A DNA stretch of 62,754 bases from Nemertoderma westbladi. Lineage: Eukaryota > Animalia > Xenacoelomorpha. The stretch is taken from assembly GCA_032718475.1 (NCBI GenBank), contig JAUCBJ010005858.1, positions 1-62,754 on the forward strand, given 5' to 3'. Made by a program: the position numbers and the translations under genes. Positions 1 through 10,150 of this stretch are shown here, in pieces. Each line of letters begins with the position of its first letter. The first letter of the stretch is position 1. Under the pieces are notes generated by a model. It saw nothing but the letters and a program-made list of their open reading frames with translations, ran no database searches and was not told the origin of the DNA.

Positions 1-545
1 CGAGTTAGCTAAGTCGTTCGCACGAGTTAGTTAAGTCGTTCGCACGAGTTAGTAAGTCGTTCGCACGACTTTCTAAGTCGTTCGCACGAGTTACTAAGTC
101 GTTTGCACGAGTTACTAAGTCGTTCTTACTAAGTCGTTCGCACGACTTACTAAGTCGTTCGCACGAGTTAGCTAAGTCGTTCGCACGAGTTAGTAAGTCG
201 TTCGCACGAGTTAGTAAGTCGTTCGCACGACTTAGTAAGTCGTTCGCACGACTTAGTAGTATGTCGTTCGCACGAGTTAGTTAGTTAAGTCGTTCACACG
301 ACTTAGTATGTCGTTCGCACGAGTTAGTTAAGTCGTTCGAACGACTTAGTAAGTCGTTCGCACGACTTAGTAGTATGTCGTTCGCACGAGTTAGTTAAGT
401 CGTTCGACACGACTTAGTATGTCGTTCGCACGACATAGTATGTCGTTTGCACGACTTAATAAGTCGTTCGCACGACATACTAAGTCGTTCGCACGAGTTA
501 GCAAAAAAAAAATTGTTTTTCTCATGTCCCTTTAGGGGCTCCGTA
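1..545. mobile_element. End of a non-autonomous DNA transposon (IS3EU-like terminus) with an internal ~20-bp tandem array
   Basis: 1-500 is a degenerate array of AGTCGTTCGCACGA(G/C)TTAGT(A/T) units. It is followed by an A/T run and CATGTCCCTTTAGGGGCTCCGTA (reverse complement starts TACGG, matching TAYGG termini as I recall them for IS3EU). The other end lies outside the window. Confidence 0.5.
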
Positions 546-796
546 CTAATCTAATGTAGCACATAAAAAATATTACAGTTCTTGCCTACATAAAAAAAAT
601 ACCCTGTGAAAATATGTGAAAGCTAAACCGACTCAACAAATAAATATAAAAGTTACAAAAAGCATTTGCTGAAAAAGTTAAATGTTAAGTGCCATGCCAA
701 CAAGGCCAATGACATTCGACCTGACTATAGTCATGTTACTTATTAATTATAATTATAAAGAATTTTCTTGCTTTATATAACTTTGCTAGAGAAAGA

Positions 797-1274
797 CCAT
801 GGAATACTAGATTAAGACACTTAAGGGGGGGGGGGGGGGGGGGGGGGGGGGGGTGGTTAATTGATAATAAATTGGTTAATTTTAATTACGATAATAAATT
901 CAAATTCGCAATAATATTTGAACAAAATTGTTGTGCTGGAAACCTTTCAACCGAACCACAGATTATCGAATTTGGGGTGAAAAATGGCGGAGGAGTTTTA
1001 ATGGCTGGTGGTATCTAATATGTGTGTTACGGTTTGTCTGCCTGTCGGTCTTAAATATTGTCCGACAAACTGGTAGACGCACACGACAGCTATAACTCGA
1101 GAACTAAAAGAGATCTCGCCAAGCCGTTTTAAGATTTGAAATCCCCATTAAATGTCGATATCCGATGAAATAAAAAACCAAAAATGTGAAAATGTTACCC
1201 CGGGCGGGGATACCCCCCCCCCCCCCCCCCCCCCCCCCCACCCCCCTCCTTAATCTAGTACTAGTACTCCAAGG
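797..1274. mobile_element. MITE-like element with terminal inverted repeats and opposed poly-G/poly-C tracts
   Basis: TACTAGATTAAG (805-816) is inverted as CTTAATCTAGTA (1249-1260). A G-run lies at ~825-853 and a C-run at ~1213-1246. No coding capacity. Confidence 0.5.
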
Positions 1275-1401
1275 CTAGATGTATAAACTGCTAAGAAATT
1301 TAACCTATTAAACTTTCTGACTTTCTCTGGTCCAGAAACAATTCTGTGTATCCCGGGAAACAAATTTTCAAACTATATTGCACAATCAGTCATTACGGTC
1401 G

Positions 1402-1557
1402 TTGACGACTTCGGTACCTTGGGTCATAGAGAGCAACAAAAAAGACAGATAAGTTAGGAACGCAAAGGCTTGGGTAGCTCTATCTAATGGATCTAATTGG
1501 AAATCAGATCTCTCCAGGCACCTGAAGACTAAGTTCTTTAGAGCCACAGTGGAAAGT
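1402..1557 (+). mobile_element. Old degenerate RTE-type LINE RT C-terminal fragment
   Basis: Frameshifted translation DDF..YLGS...AKAWVAL...IWKSDLSRHLKTKFFRATVES parallels DDFCYLGSW...KAWAAL..IWKS....KLKVRLFRAAV of the RTE ORF at 21104-22609. Confidence 0.6.
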
Positions 1558-1816
1558 GACGGACGGAAGAGTGAAAGACTCCTAATCAATTAGCTGTGAC
1601 CCAGAAGCGTTTGCGTCGTTTTTCCCTAGAGAGTATTGGATTTTGAAAGTGTCATTAAGTAGCCCTCCCACCCCTACCCGCAACCTAAACCACGTGCGTG
1701 CAGTTCCTTTCACAAAAGAGCGTAACAATAAATTAATAGTAAAATAAAAAAATATATAGCCAAGAATCGGACCCACATTAGTTCCGAGACATTCACTGTA
1801 AACTATTCACATCATC

Positions 1817-3064
1817 TCAACCCCCCAACGACCTCCAACACAGCCACCTATACAGACACCCTAGCGCCACACCGTCAGACTCCACATCCAACTTATTTGC
1901 AAAAAACTTATCCTCCGCGACTAAACCTCTCAAATCCCCGGCCCCAAACACACAAATCTCGTTCCTATAGTATCCGAAACACGTGCCGCCCTGCCACACA
2001 ATGTACCTCAGACTGGTGAACCAGGAGGACTCGGTCACGTGACCCGGGGTCCTGGGGTCCCGCTGCAACATAATCCAGAAGCTCTCGTCGGGAGAGTAAA
2101 CGTCCGCATGCCACTCTAGTAGCTCGGCTGCTAGCGACGATGTCAGCACGTAGTCTACGTAGGCGCGTGTCGCAGCGTAGTACGCCGATCCGTGGAAGAC
2201 CTCCAACCCCCCCGGAGGAGAGGATTTTAACTTTCCCGTGTTGCTGATTCCTTTCTGGTCGATATTCCAACTGTATTTAGTTCGATCGGATATGATTGGC
2301 CGATTCGGCGGTATTCCAGGGATATCATTTAGTCCGTTCAAACCGCGAAGCGTTTTTACCATCTCCGCGTTGCTTTTCAACGGGAAATCTTGTCCGCACA
2401 AGTTAATAACGTATTCGTAAGCCACGTTTCTGTTGCGTAATTCGCGCATACAGTTAATATCAGCTTTTAGTCGAGCGAAACCGGCGTAATAAATCCATTC
2501 TGACGGGGTAACAATAAAAACATTAGCGAAACATTTAGCTACCGCAGTTACTGCGCGTTTAAATGTCAGTGTGGATTTTTGATCGATGTGGATGCAATAG
2601 GTGTTGTGCTGTCTGTAAATCGCGCTTAAGAGGAAATGTATTTGCGCGGCTTTGTAATGTACTGTCATGATGAAAGCGAGCTTGAAGTCGAGTTCTTCCT
2701 GTGTCACTGTTAAGTTGTTGTACAAGTACAGCGTTCTATAAGTGTCGCAATCGCTGGCTAAGTTAAAGACGTCGTCGTTAGTGCGAGGTCCTGCCACAGT
2801 GTCGGAGAGCTGTAGAACATTGTCGACGACTTGGGTATTAACAGGAATCGCTCCTCCGTTAATTATTTTTTTACATATTTCATTACCTTCTGCGTGGAAT
2901 GTAGCCGGAAGTGCTACCATCTTTGTTTGGGTTTTGTATATCATGTACCGGTAGATGAAGATGTAGGCCGCACAAAATAGCAATCCTGTTAGAATCACAC
3001 GGCGAAAACGAGTTGAATTTCTCATGCTGTCAACTAACATTGTATGCTGTAACACCAAGAACAT
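1817..3064 (-). CDS. Core-2/I-branching beta-1,6-N-acetylglucosaminyltransferase (GT14, GCNT-like), intronless CDS
   Basis: 415-aa ORF with an N-terminal type II TM segment. Motifs LAFIMTVH, YCIHIDQKS, YVINLCGQDFPLKSN, GSAY, YSPDESFW, CVFGAGDL, FANK. The start could be a later Met. Confidence 0.9.
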   Translation of the reverse strand: MFLVLQHTMLVDSMRNSTRFRRVILTGLLFCAAYIFIYRYMIYKTQTKMVALPATFHAEGNEICKKIINGGAIPVNTQVVDNVLQLSDTVAGPRTNDDVFNLASDCDTYRTLYLYNNLTVTQEELDFKLAFIMTVHYKAAQIHFLLSAIYRQHNTYCIHIDQKSTLTFKRAVTAVAKCFANVFIVTPSEWIYYAGFARLKADINCMRELRNRNVAYEYVINLCGQDFPLKSNAEMVKTLRGLNGLNDIPGIPPNRPIISDRTKYSWNIDQKGISNTGKLKSSPPGGLEVFHGSAYYAATRAYVDYVLTSSLAAELLEWHADVYSPDESFWIMLQRDPRTPGHVTESSWFTSLRYIVWQGGTCFGYYRNEICVFGAGDLRGLVAEDKFFANKLDVESDGVALGCLYRWLCWRSLGG

Positions 3065-4369
3065 CCCGGGATTCAGGCATTACATTAATTACCTGTTATA
3101 AATATTAAGACTAACATTCAGACAGACATTCCTGTCTGCCTGTTCAGGAATTCAGCTGTGACGATATCCACAGCCATTAGCCATTGGCCCTGTCCTTATG
3201 CAGTTATGTGCTGTACTCTAACTCTTCGGTACCAATACTGTATTATTAATATTGTTATTACATTATACATTTTATATATTACCGGTAGGCATATTATTAA
3301 ACACAGATAAATATTATAAAGCTAATAAAAAATGTCACCGGAGAAAAACAAAAAGGTAGGCCTACACTTATGGTAAAATCCAGGTACATTCACAGTTCTG
3401 CAGTTTCTATAGGTAAGCTGGTAAGCTAAGAAGGAAAAAGACAATCAGATTCCAATCGGAATTACCATGAATGAAAGCGACCACTACTGCATGAACTGTA
3501 ATTAAACAAATAATACTGTATAGCCTACATGTATACGTGAAATGATGATTTAAAAGAACCATCGTTCACAGTAGCGCTGATGAAAATATATATATTACCG
3601 CAGATAAAAATACATTAGAAGAGGAAATACAGTATAAACAAGATAAATTCATAATATACAATAGATTAGATTAAGATTGAACAAATATAGAGAACTAAAA
3701 TATCAGATCGAAGCAAACAAAATCGCAGATAATTGGTACCATACTATCTGAACCGGTACCCTACAGTAGAGTTAAGCAGCTAGACAGACCCCTTAACTAT
3801 GTATATAATTGTCCCAATTACCCAAAACAAATATTCAATAGTGCGAAATACACACAATACTGTATAGTACCAGATAGAGATAGTGCTCCAAACTTTTACC
3901 TCCAGAATTGTAAATCCTTCGAAACTGATACTTCATTTTTTTAACAGTAATAAAAATTGTAACGCAATGCCTAATGAAATAAAAACATAGATAATCAACT
4001 TTGAGATCTGCAGTTAAATCTCACCTCCTCCGTGTGCAGTGTAAAACTAGGTATAGTAGTCGTACTGTAAGTTATTACTTTACCAAAGACCCTCTGTACA
4101 AAACAAAGTAAAGTAGCGTTAGGTCTCGAAGAGCGTCAGGTCCCATTGCCATTTTAAAGGAGCAGGTCAGTAGAGGAGCAGGTTACAGAGACGTGTATGG
4201 GGAACCAAAACAATAAACGAAAGTTAACACATGTATATTGTTCAGGTCTTTAGTCTTTGGGTCTTTGTTTTGTACTCACCCCATTGTTGAAATAATTTTC
4301 GCTCGCCACGCTCCTTTGCTTTACATATTCCCATCCAAATTGTGCACGTTATCCTACCTTAATTTACTA

Positions 4370-4925
4370 ACTACATATATTTTAATCTACAAACTACATC
4401 CATTTTAATATACAAGCTACATCTATTTTAATCTACAAGCTGCATCTATTTTAATCTACAAGCTATATTTATTTTAACTACAAGCTGCATCTATTTTAAT
4501 CTACAAGCTGCATCTATTTTAATCTACAAGCTGCATCTATTTTAATCTACAAGCTATATCTATTTTAATCTACAAGCTGCATCTATTTTAATCTACAAGC
4601 TGCATCTATTTTAATCTACAAGCTATATCTATTTTAATCTACAAGCTGCATCTATTTTAATCTACAAGCTGCATCTATTTTAATCTACAAGCTGCATCTA
4701 TTTTAATCTACAAGCTGCATCTATTTTAATCTACAAGCTATATCTATTTTAATCTACAAGCTGCATCTATTTTAATCTACAAGCTGCATCTATTTTAATC
4801 TACAAGCTGCATCTATTTTAATCTACAAGCTGCATCTATTTTAATCTACAAGCTACATATATTTTAATCTACAAGCTGCATCTATTTTAATCTACAAGCT
4901 ACATATATTTTAATCTACAAACTAC
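4370..4925. repeat. 23-bp minisatellite (GCATCTATTTTAATCTACAAGCT)n, about 24 copies
   Basis: Directly visible tandem units with GC/AT/AC variants. Confidence 0.95.
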
Positions 4926-5400
4926 AATCGAACTTGGAGACGGGGGGGGGGGGGGGGGGGGACTGGACGCAAATCCCATCTTGGCGAATTAATATTCCGC
5001 CTCAATGTTAAATTATCAATTTAGGGAAAGGAGCAGGTTATAGTTGCAAAACAATAATCTAAACACAATAGAACAGGTTACAGTTATATTTTAGAGAGTA
5101 TTCAGCTGTTATTTGCGTCGAATTTCACCTGGAGAGGGATGAATTTTTATTGCGTCCAGTGTCCACCCTATCTGCGAACTTGGCACTCTATACAGGACCT
5201 ACACTATCTTATCTTCTATGTCCTATCTATACAGTCACACCAAATCACATAATTATATAAGACATGTTTGTATAGGCCTACTACGAACTCTAAGACCAAA
5301 TTCCATATTGAACTTCCCTTATATACAGAACCGGTAATACAATGTTAATTTATTCACATCTTTGCTGAATATTTAACTTATTTCTTTAAACGAAATCAGA

Positions 5401-5452
5401 ATGGACAGCATTGAATCTTTAGTTGAAGCAGAAACAATTACGAAAGTTGATG
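5401..5452 (+). CDS. SLC49A4/DIRC2-like MFS transporter, putative exon 1 (MDSIESLVEAETITKVD)
   Basis: ATG at 5401 and donor G|GTAAAT at 5452/5453 (phase 1). Joins in phase to the acceptor ATTAG|AC at 5695/5696. Confidence 0.6.
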
Positions 5453-5695
5453 GTAAATCTTTATTTGCGCAGCCAGGATTGGGGGAGGGTACACCTACAC
5501 GTGTACACTGTACTGTACATGTACAAGTATAAAAAGTACGTGATAGATAAATTGCATGCATTTAACTGCGTTATATTATACACATATTTCATTAACTGTG
5601 AGCGAAGCGATCGAAAATTTTGTAAGAAATTGTTTATTTCTTACCTACTTGTATGTTGAAATATCTCAAAATTTAAATAGCCTTTTGATAATTAG

Positions 5696-7200
5696 ACATA
5701 AGGGAAATCGTGAGCGCACTGCCCGCCACACACACCTTCCCTCCCTCCCCCTTCTTGGACGCACCACTGGCGAAAAGAGTTGAAACTAAACTCTATAAGC
5801 GACGATGGTACCTATTGGTGTTGTTCTGTTCAGTTGGTTTTGTGGAGTTTATGAACTGGAATACCTGGGCCCCTATCGAGGCCTCAGCGAAACTCGTTTA
5901 TAAATGAGAGAACAGCGATATTGCGCTCCTCTCGAACTGGGGTTTTATCACGATTCTGTTGGGTACGACAGTGACAACCTGGATACTAGATCGCAAGGGG
6001 ATGCGTGTTACTATGGTAATAACCATCGCTATGGTTACTGTCGGCGCCGGTCTGCGTTGCATTACAATGGAACCCACAGCGGCAACGTGGTTGATTAACA
6101 TTGGTCAAATACTTAACGGATTCGCTGGTGTTCTCCCAGTTGCCGGGGCGCCGTTACTCTCATCCTTGTGGTTTCCTAGCAACCAACGGAGCACGGCTAC
6201 AGCGGCGGCGACTACCAGCACGTTTGGGGGTCTGGCGTTGTCCTTTGTGATTGGTCCAGCCATTGTTAAAGAATCTAAAACGCCGATTGATCCACCCAAT
6301 CACATCCCTAAGTTAACAAACCAATCGTATTCTAGATACCATGGAAACGGAGAGGTAATTCGAAACCCGAATTCCAATTTGACAAATTTATTAGAAAATC
6401 AAACAAATCCCGTAATGGAACAGCGGCGACAGATACAGACTCTTGTTTACTTGGAGTTCGGTATTTCCGCGTTTCTGTTCATACTCGTGTTGATTTACTT
6501 TCCGGCAAGGCCACCTACACCACCTACAGCCTCAGCATCATCGATAAGAACAGATTTCAAGCAGGGAAGTGTAAAAGTCCTTAAGGACAGAAACTTTTGG
6601 TTTTTGGCTTTGGTTTACGCCGTTTTCTATGGTTTACTAAGTTCTTATCTTTCTGTGCTGAGTGTAGATTTGGAGACCATTGATATAAGTCAGGAGACTG
6701 CGGGATGGGTTGGTTTCTATGCGACCTTGGCCGGGGCTTTGGGAAGCGTAATATTCGCAAGGATCACAGATGTTATGGAAATTGGAATGCAAACTGTAGT
6801 TTTGTTGGCTTGCATTCTCGGGACAATGATGTTTTATTTATTTACCATGGTAGCTAAAGGTTACTTCCCAATGACCATAGCGTCTGTCTACGCTACCATT
6901 ATCGTCACGGGATTTTGCGCTAACGGCATAGTTCCGCTACTTCTCGAAATGGCGGCAGAGTTGTTGTATCCAGTAAGCGAGGAGCTAATAGCTGGGATCA
7001 TGATGTTAGTTCAGAACGCAGCGGCGATGTTGTTGTTATTTGTGATGATGATTCCTAACGTCGGTGTCTCGTGGTTGACTTGGACCGTACTGGCCGGTAT
7101 CACCGTCTCAGTTCCCGCAATCGCAGCAGTTACCGCAACTAATAAACGCAGTAACTTCGATAAACTAAAGTCTCAAAATTTCCATCTTCCCCTTCCATAG
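5696..7200 (+). CDS. SLC49A4: SLC49A4/DIRC2-like (FLVCR family) MFS transporter, exon 2, with an in-frame TGA at 5905-5907 (null allele, young pseudogene or base error)
   Basis: ORFs 5710-5907 and 5959-7200 are in the same frame: KLYKRRWYLL..WNTWAPI..VYK*ENSDIALLSNWG..LDRKGMR..GQILNG..LSSLWFPSNQRSTAT..YFPARPPTPPT..EMAAELLYPVSE. Multiple TM segments. Confidence 0.8.
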
Positions 7201-8609
7201 CTACAGTTACTATAACCACCGTTTGCGCCAACCAAATGCAGCAAAAGGACAAACCAAATGTATAAATCATAATGATAATGATACTTTAGTTAATGAGCTA
7301 AAGTAATAATAACAATATAGGTTATTGTTAATTAAATAGCACATTTTGGCATTACGGTATGCATATTACCTACCAATTGGGGTGTCGTTTCAGCCTAGTT
7401 TTAACATATTAACTTAATTTCGTGAATATTAATTTCGATTCACCATTTAAGGTGCATTTTGATGGCTAAGTAGCAGGTTATAATGGCAGGCTTTTCTAAC
7501 CAAAACAAGCTATATTTAGGAACACAGTTTACAGTATAATAATTATTCATTACATGGGTAAAAAAGTAAAACTTTTTTTCATTATTCATTTTTTTTATCG
7601 TTAATAATGGGTCGAGAGAATATTGAAAAAAATGTCCTACGTTTTTTTCCCATGTAATACGTATTTTATTCTTAAATTGGTACTTGTTTGTTTCTCAATT
7701 CTTTAATAAAACATAGAGCGATATACTAAAACAGTACAGTAAGATTACAAAATAAAATTGAACTGTAGTATTTTACTATATTACTTCCATAGTTACTGCG
7801 ATTCAAATTACTGTAGGCCTACTCTTCAACTCTCGATGTTACCTTACTCAATGTTAAAATGATTAGTATTCTTGAATATTTATTACGTAACTAGAGAGCC
7901 GCTTAACAACATAAACCAATATTGGATATTGAGTTCCGTTTTGGAGTTCGCCTTGCAGACACTAAAGTTGCAATAACTTTTGAGTGTGTTAATGGATTTT
8001 GCTCAAATTACTTGCAAACCTTTTCTACTTCGATGCTCTTTCAACACATGTAATAAAATGGTAACAGTTCCGTATATCAGATGTTAGCGTTTTATAACTA
8101 AAATTGAAATAAATTGATTATTAATCGAGCCGAGATCACAAGAGGTGATGATGAGTTTCTGAAATGAATAATACCGGCCAACAGAAATCATAAAGTGCTA
8201 ACATTAGGCCTAGTCAATTCATATATTAAACGTCTATGTCTTTGTAACTAGTTCATGGATTTCTTAAAAGCATTCAATAATATGGCACATAGTCACAACC
8301 ATTAATTAATTTATTCTCATAATTATATATTATTCTAAATCATTAATCCTTGCAATAAGTTTCCTTTTCCAGAAAATAGAGAGGTCATTCTGTATGTCAA
8401 ATTTCGCGCAATCTCAAATTTCATTTTGTACATATACTGCTATAAACGAAATGTATTTTGCTACAAGCATTTTAAAAATGTGTCACCAATTTCTTACCCA
8501 TTATTGCACACTGGTGCTATTCTTGGTCTTTTCGAGGTCAAAACTTTAAACCTCTGTAAATACATACATAAAACCAATAAGCCATGTCCCGGAATACAGT
8601 GTCTTTAAT

Positions 8610-9843
8610 TCAATGACAGGGTATTGCCCTATAACTTTAAAGAAGTAAAAGTGTCTGAGTCTGTACTCCCAGATATTCCCATTGGCGATATCTCCTTTGC
8701 AGAAGTGAAGGCTGCTGCAAAGAGCAATAAGACCAATCGTGCCAGTGGAAGTGGAGTAGATGGTGTTCCCCCTGAGGTCTTTAAAATACCTGAGTGTTTA
8801 AAGCTCATCTATCCCATCATAGTAGACATGTACCGAACAACAAGAGTCCCACAAGAAATGAAAACAAATAAGTTGGTGCCAGTCCCCAAGCAGGGCAAAC
8901 TAACACTCTATGGTTCTTTTCATGGAATCTCCTTGATCTCCATGGCTGCAAAGCTATACAATATAATTATATTAAATCGCATCAGGGATCCCATTGAGAG
9001 ACTGCTCTGTGGAAATCAGAATGGGTTCCGTAAAGGTCGTGAGACCATGGTGTGACGGGATCCCCGAGTTGGAGAGGGAATCCCGACCGATGTGATTGCT
9101 TTTGGGTAATACGCGTCGCCGCGTCCGCTGGCTGCTGAAAGGCTTGTGGTATCTGAAAAGCCGGAGGCCGATAGAATAACTGAGTTTTAGTGGCAGTTGT
9201 TCGTAATGTCAGAATATAATAATAGCACAATCAGAATATAATAAACGCTCTTACTGAATGACGACGACGACGGTTTAAATCGTCTTGCTTCCACAGCTCT
9301 ACACAAACCAACTGAACAACAGGTAATAAATGCAACGGTTATAATTATTACTAACACATATAGAAGAGCTACATGGCCTGGCCAATGGATGCATCCCAAT
9401 CAGATGGTGTGCTGCCCCGCCATTGGCTAACCTATCCTTCCTATGGCACAACCTGTTCCCTTATACCCACGTGCTAGCTCCCTTCGTCCCCCTGAGATGG
9501 CCTGTATCCTCTCATCTTTCCTTGTGGCTGGCAATGTATATTGCCTTCACTGGTTGTTATGTGACATTATATTGCTAATGTCGCCTAGCCAACTGTAATT
9601 GGTAAAAAGCCACTTTCCCCATTTTCCGCTGGGTAGTGCAGCGAATTGGATCCGCTCACACATGGAGCCCATTTGGCACTAGAATGATAATTGACACAGG
9701 CTTGACACTACAACAAACCCGTCTCCGCTTTGCAGGACATTGCTTTAGCCGTGTGGACAAGTCAGTGCATAATCTTGTTCTTTGGCAGCCTCATGGAGTG
9801 AATAAGCATGGTGACAGCCCATGACTTTCTTGAGACGCTTTCT
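8610..9843 (+). mobile_element. Degenerate RTE LINE copy, split by a solo LTR and internally deleted
   Basis: ~8790-9050 and 9661-9693 match the RTE at ~21159-21450. 9700-9843 matches its 3' part (~22363-22506). About 0.9 kb of RT is missing. Confidence 0.85.
9051..9660. mobile_element. Solo LTR (610 bp) inserted in RTE
   Basis: Termini TGTGACGGGATCC...GGATCCGCTCACA. 5-bp TSD CATGG at 9046-9050 and 9661-9665. The RTE sequence resumes exactly across it. Confidence 0.85.
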
Positions 9844-9859
9844 TGAGTTAATAAAACTG

Positions 9860-10150
9860 TTTATATGGTCGATTTCAAAGGAAAAACAGGTAATAAACCA
9901 ATCATGGGAAAGGAACAGGTTACAGTGGCTGTGTTTCCTAACCAAAACAATAAACGAAAGACAATTAAACTTGGTTACATGGTCGATTTACAAAATGCTC
10001 CAATCATGGGAAAGGAACAGGTTACCGTGGCGGTGTTTTCTAACCAAAACAATAAATGATACTCAATAAAACTGGTTACAAGGGGCGATACAGTAATAAA
10101 CCAATCATGGGAAAGGAACAGGTTACAGTGTTTCCTAACTAAAACAATAA
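9860..10150. repeat. About 3 tandem copies (~100-110 bp) of a dispersed GGAAAGGAACAGGTTACAG..AACCAAAACAATAAA module
   Basis: CCAATCATGGGAAAGGAACAGGTTAC recurs at ~9898, ~10000 and ~10101. Confidence 0.8.

Noticed and set aside
1-500. CRISPR-like array
   Set aside because: Units are contiguous with no unique spacers, there are no cas genes, and the context is eukaryotic.
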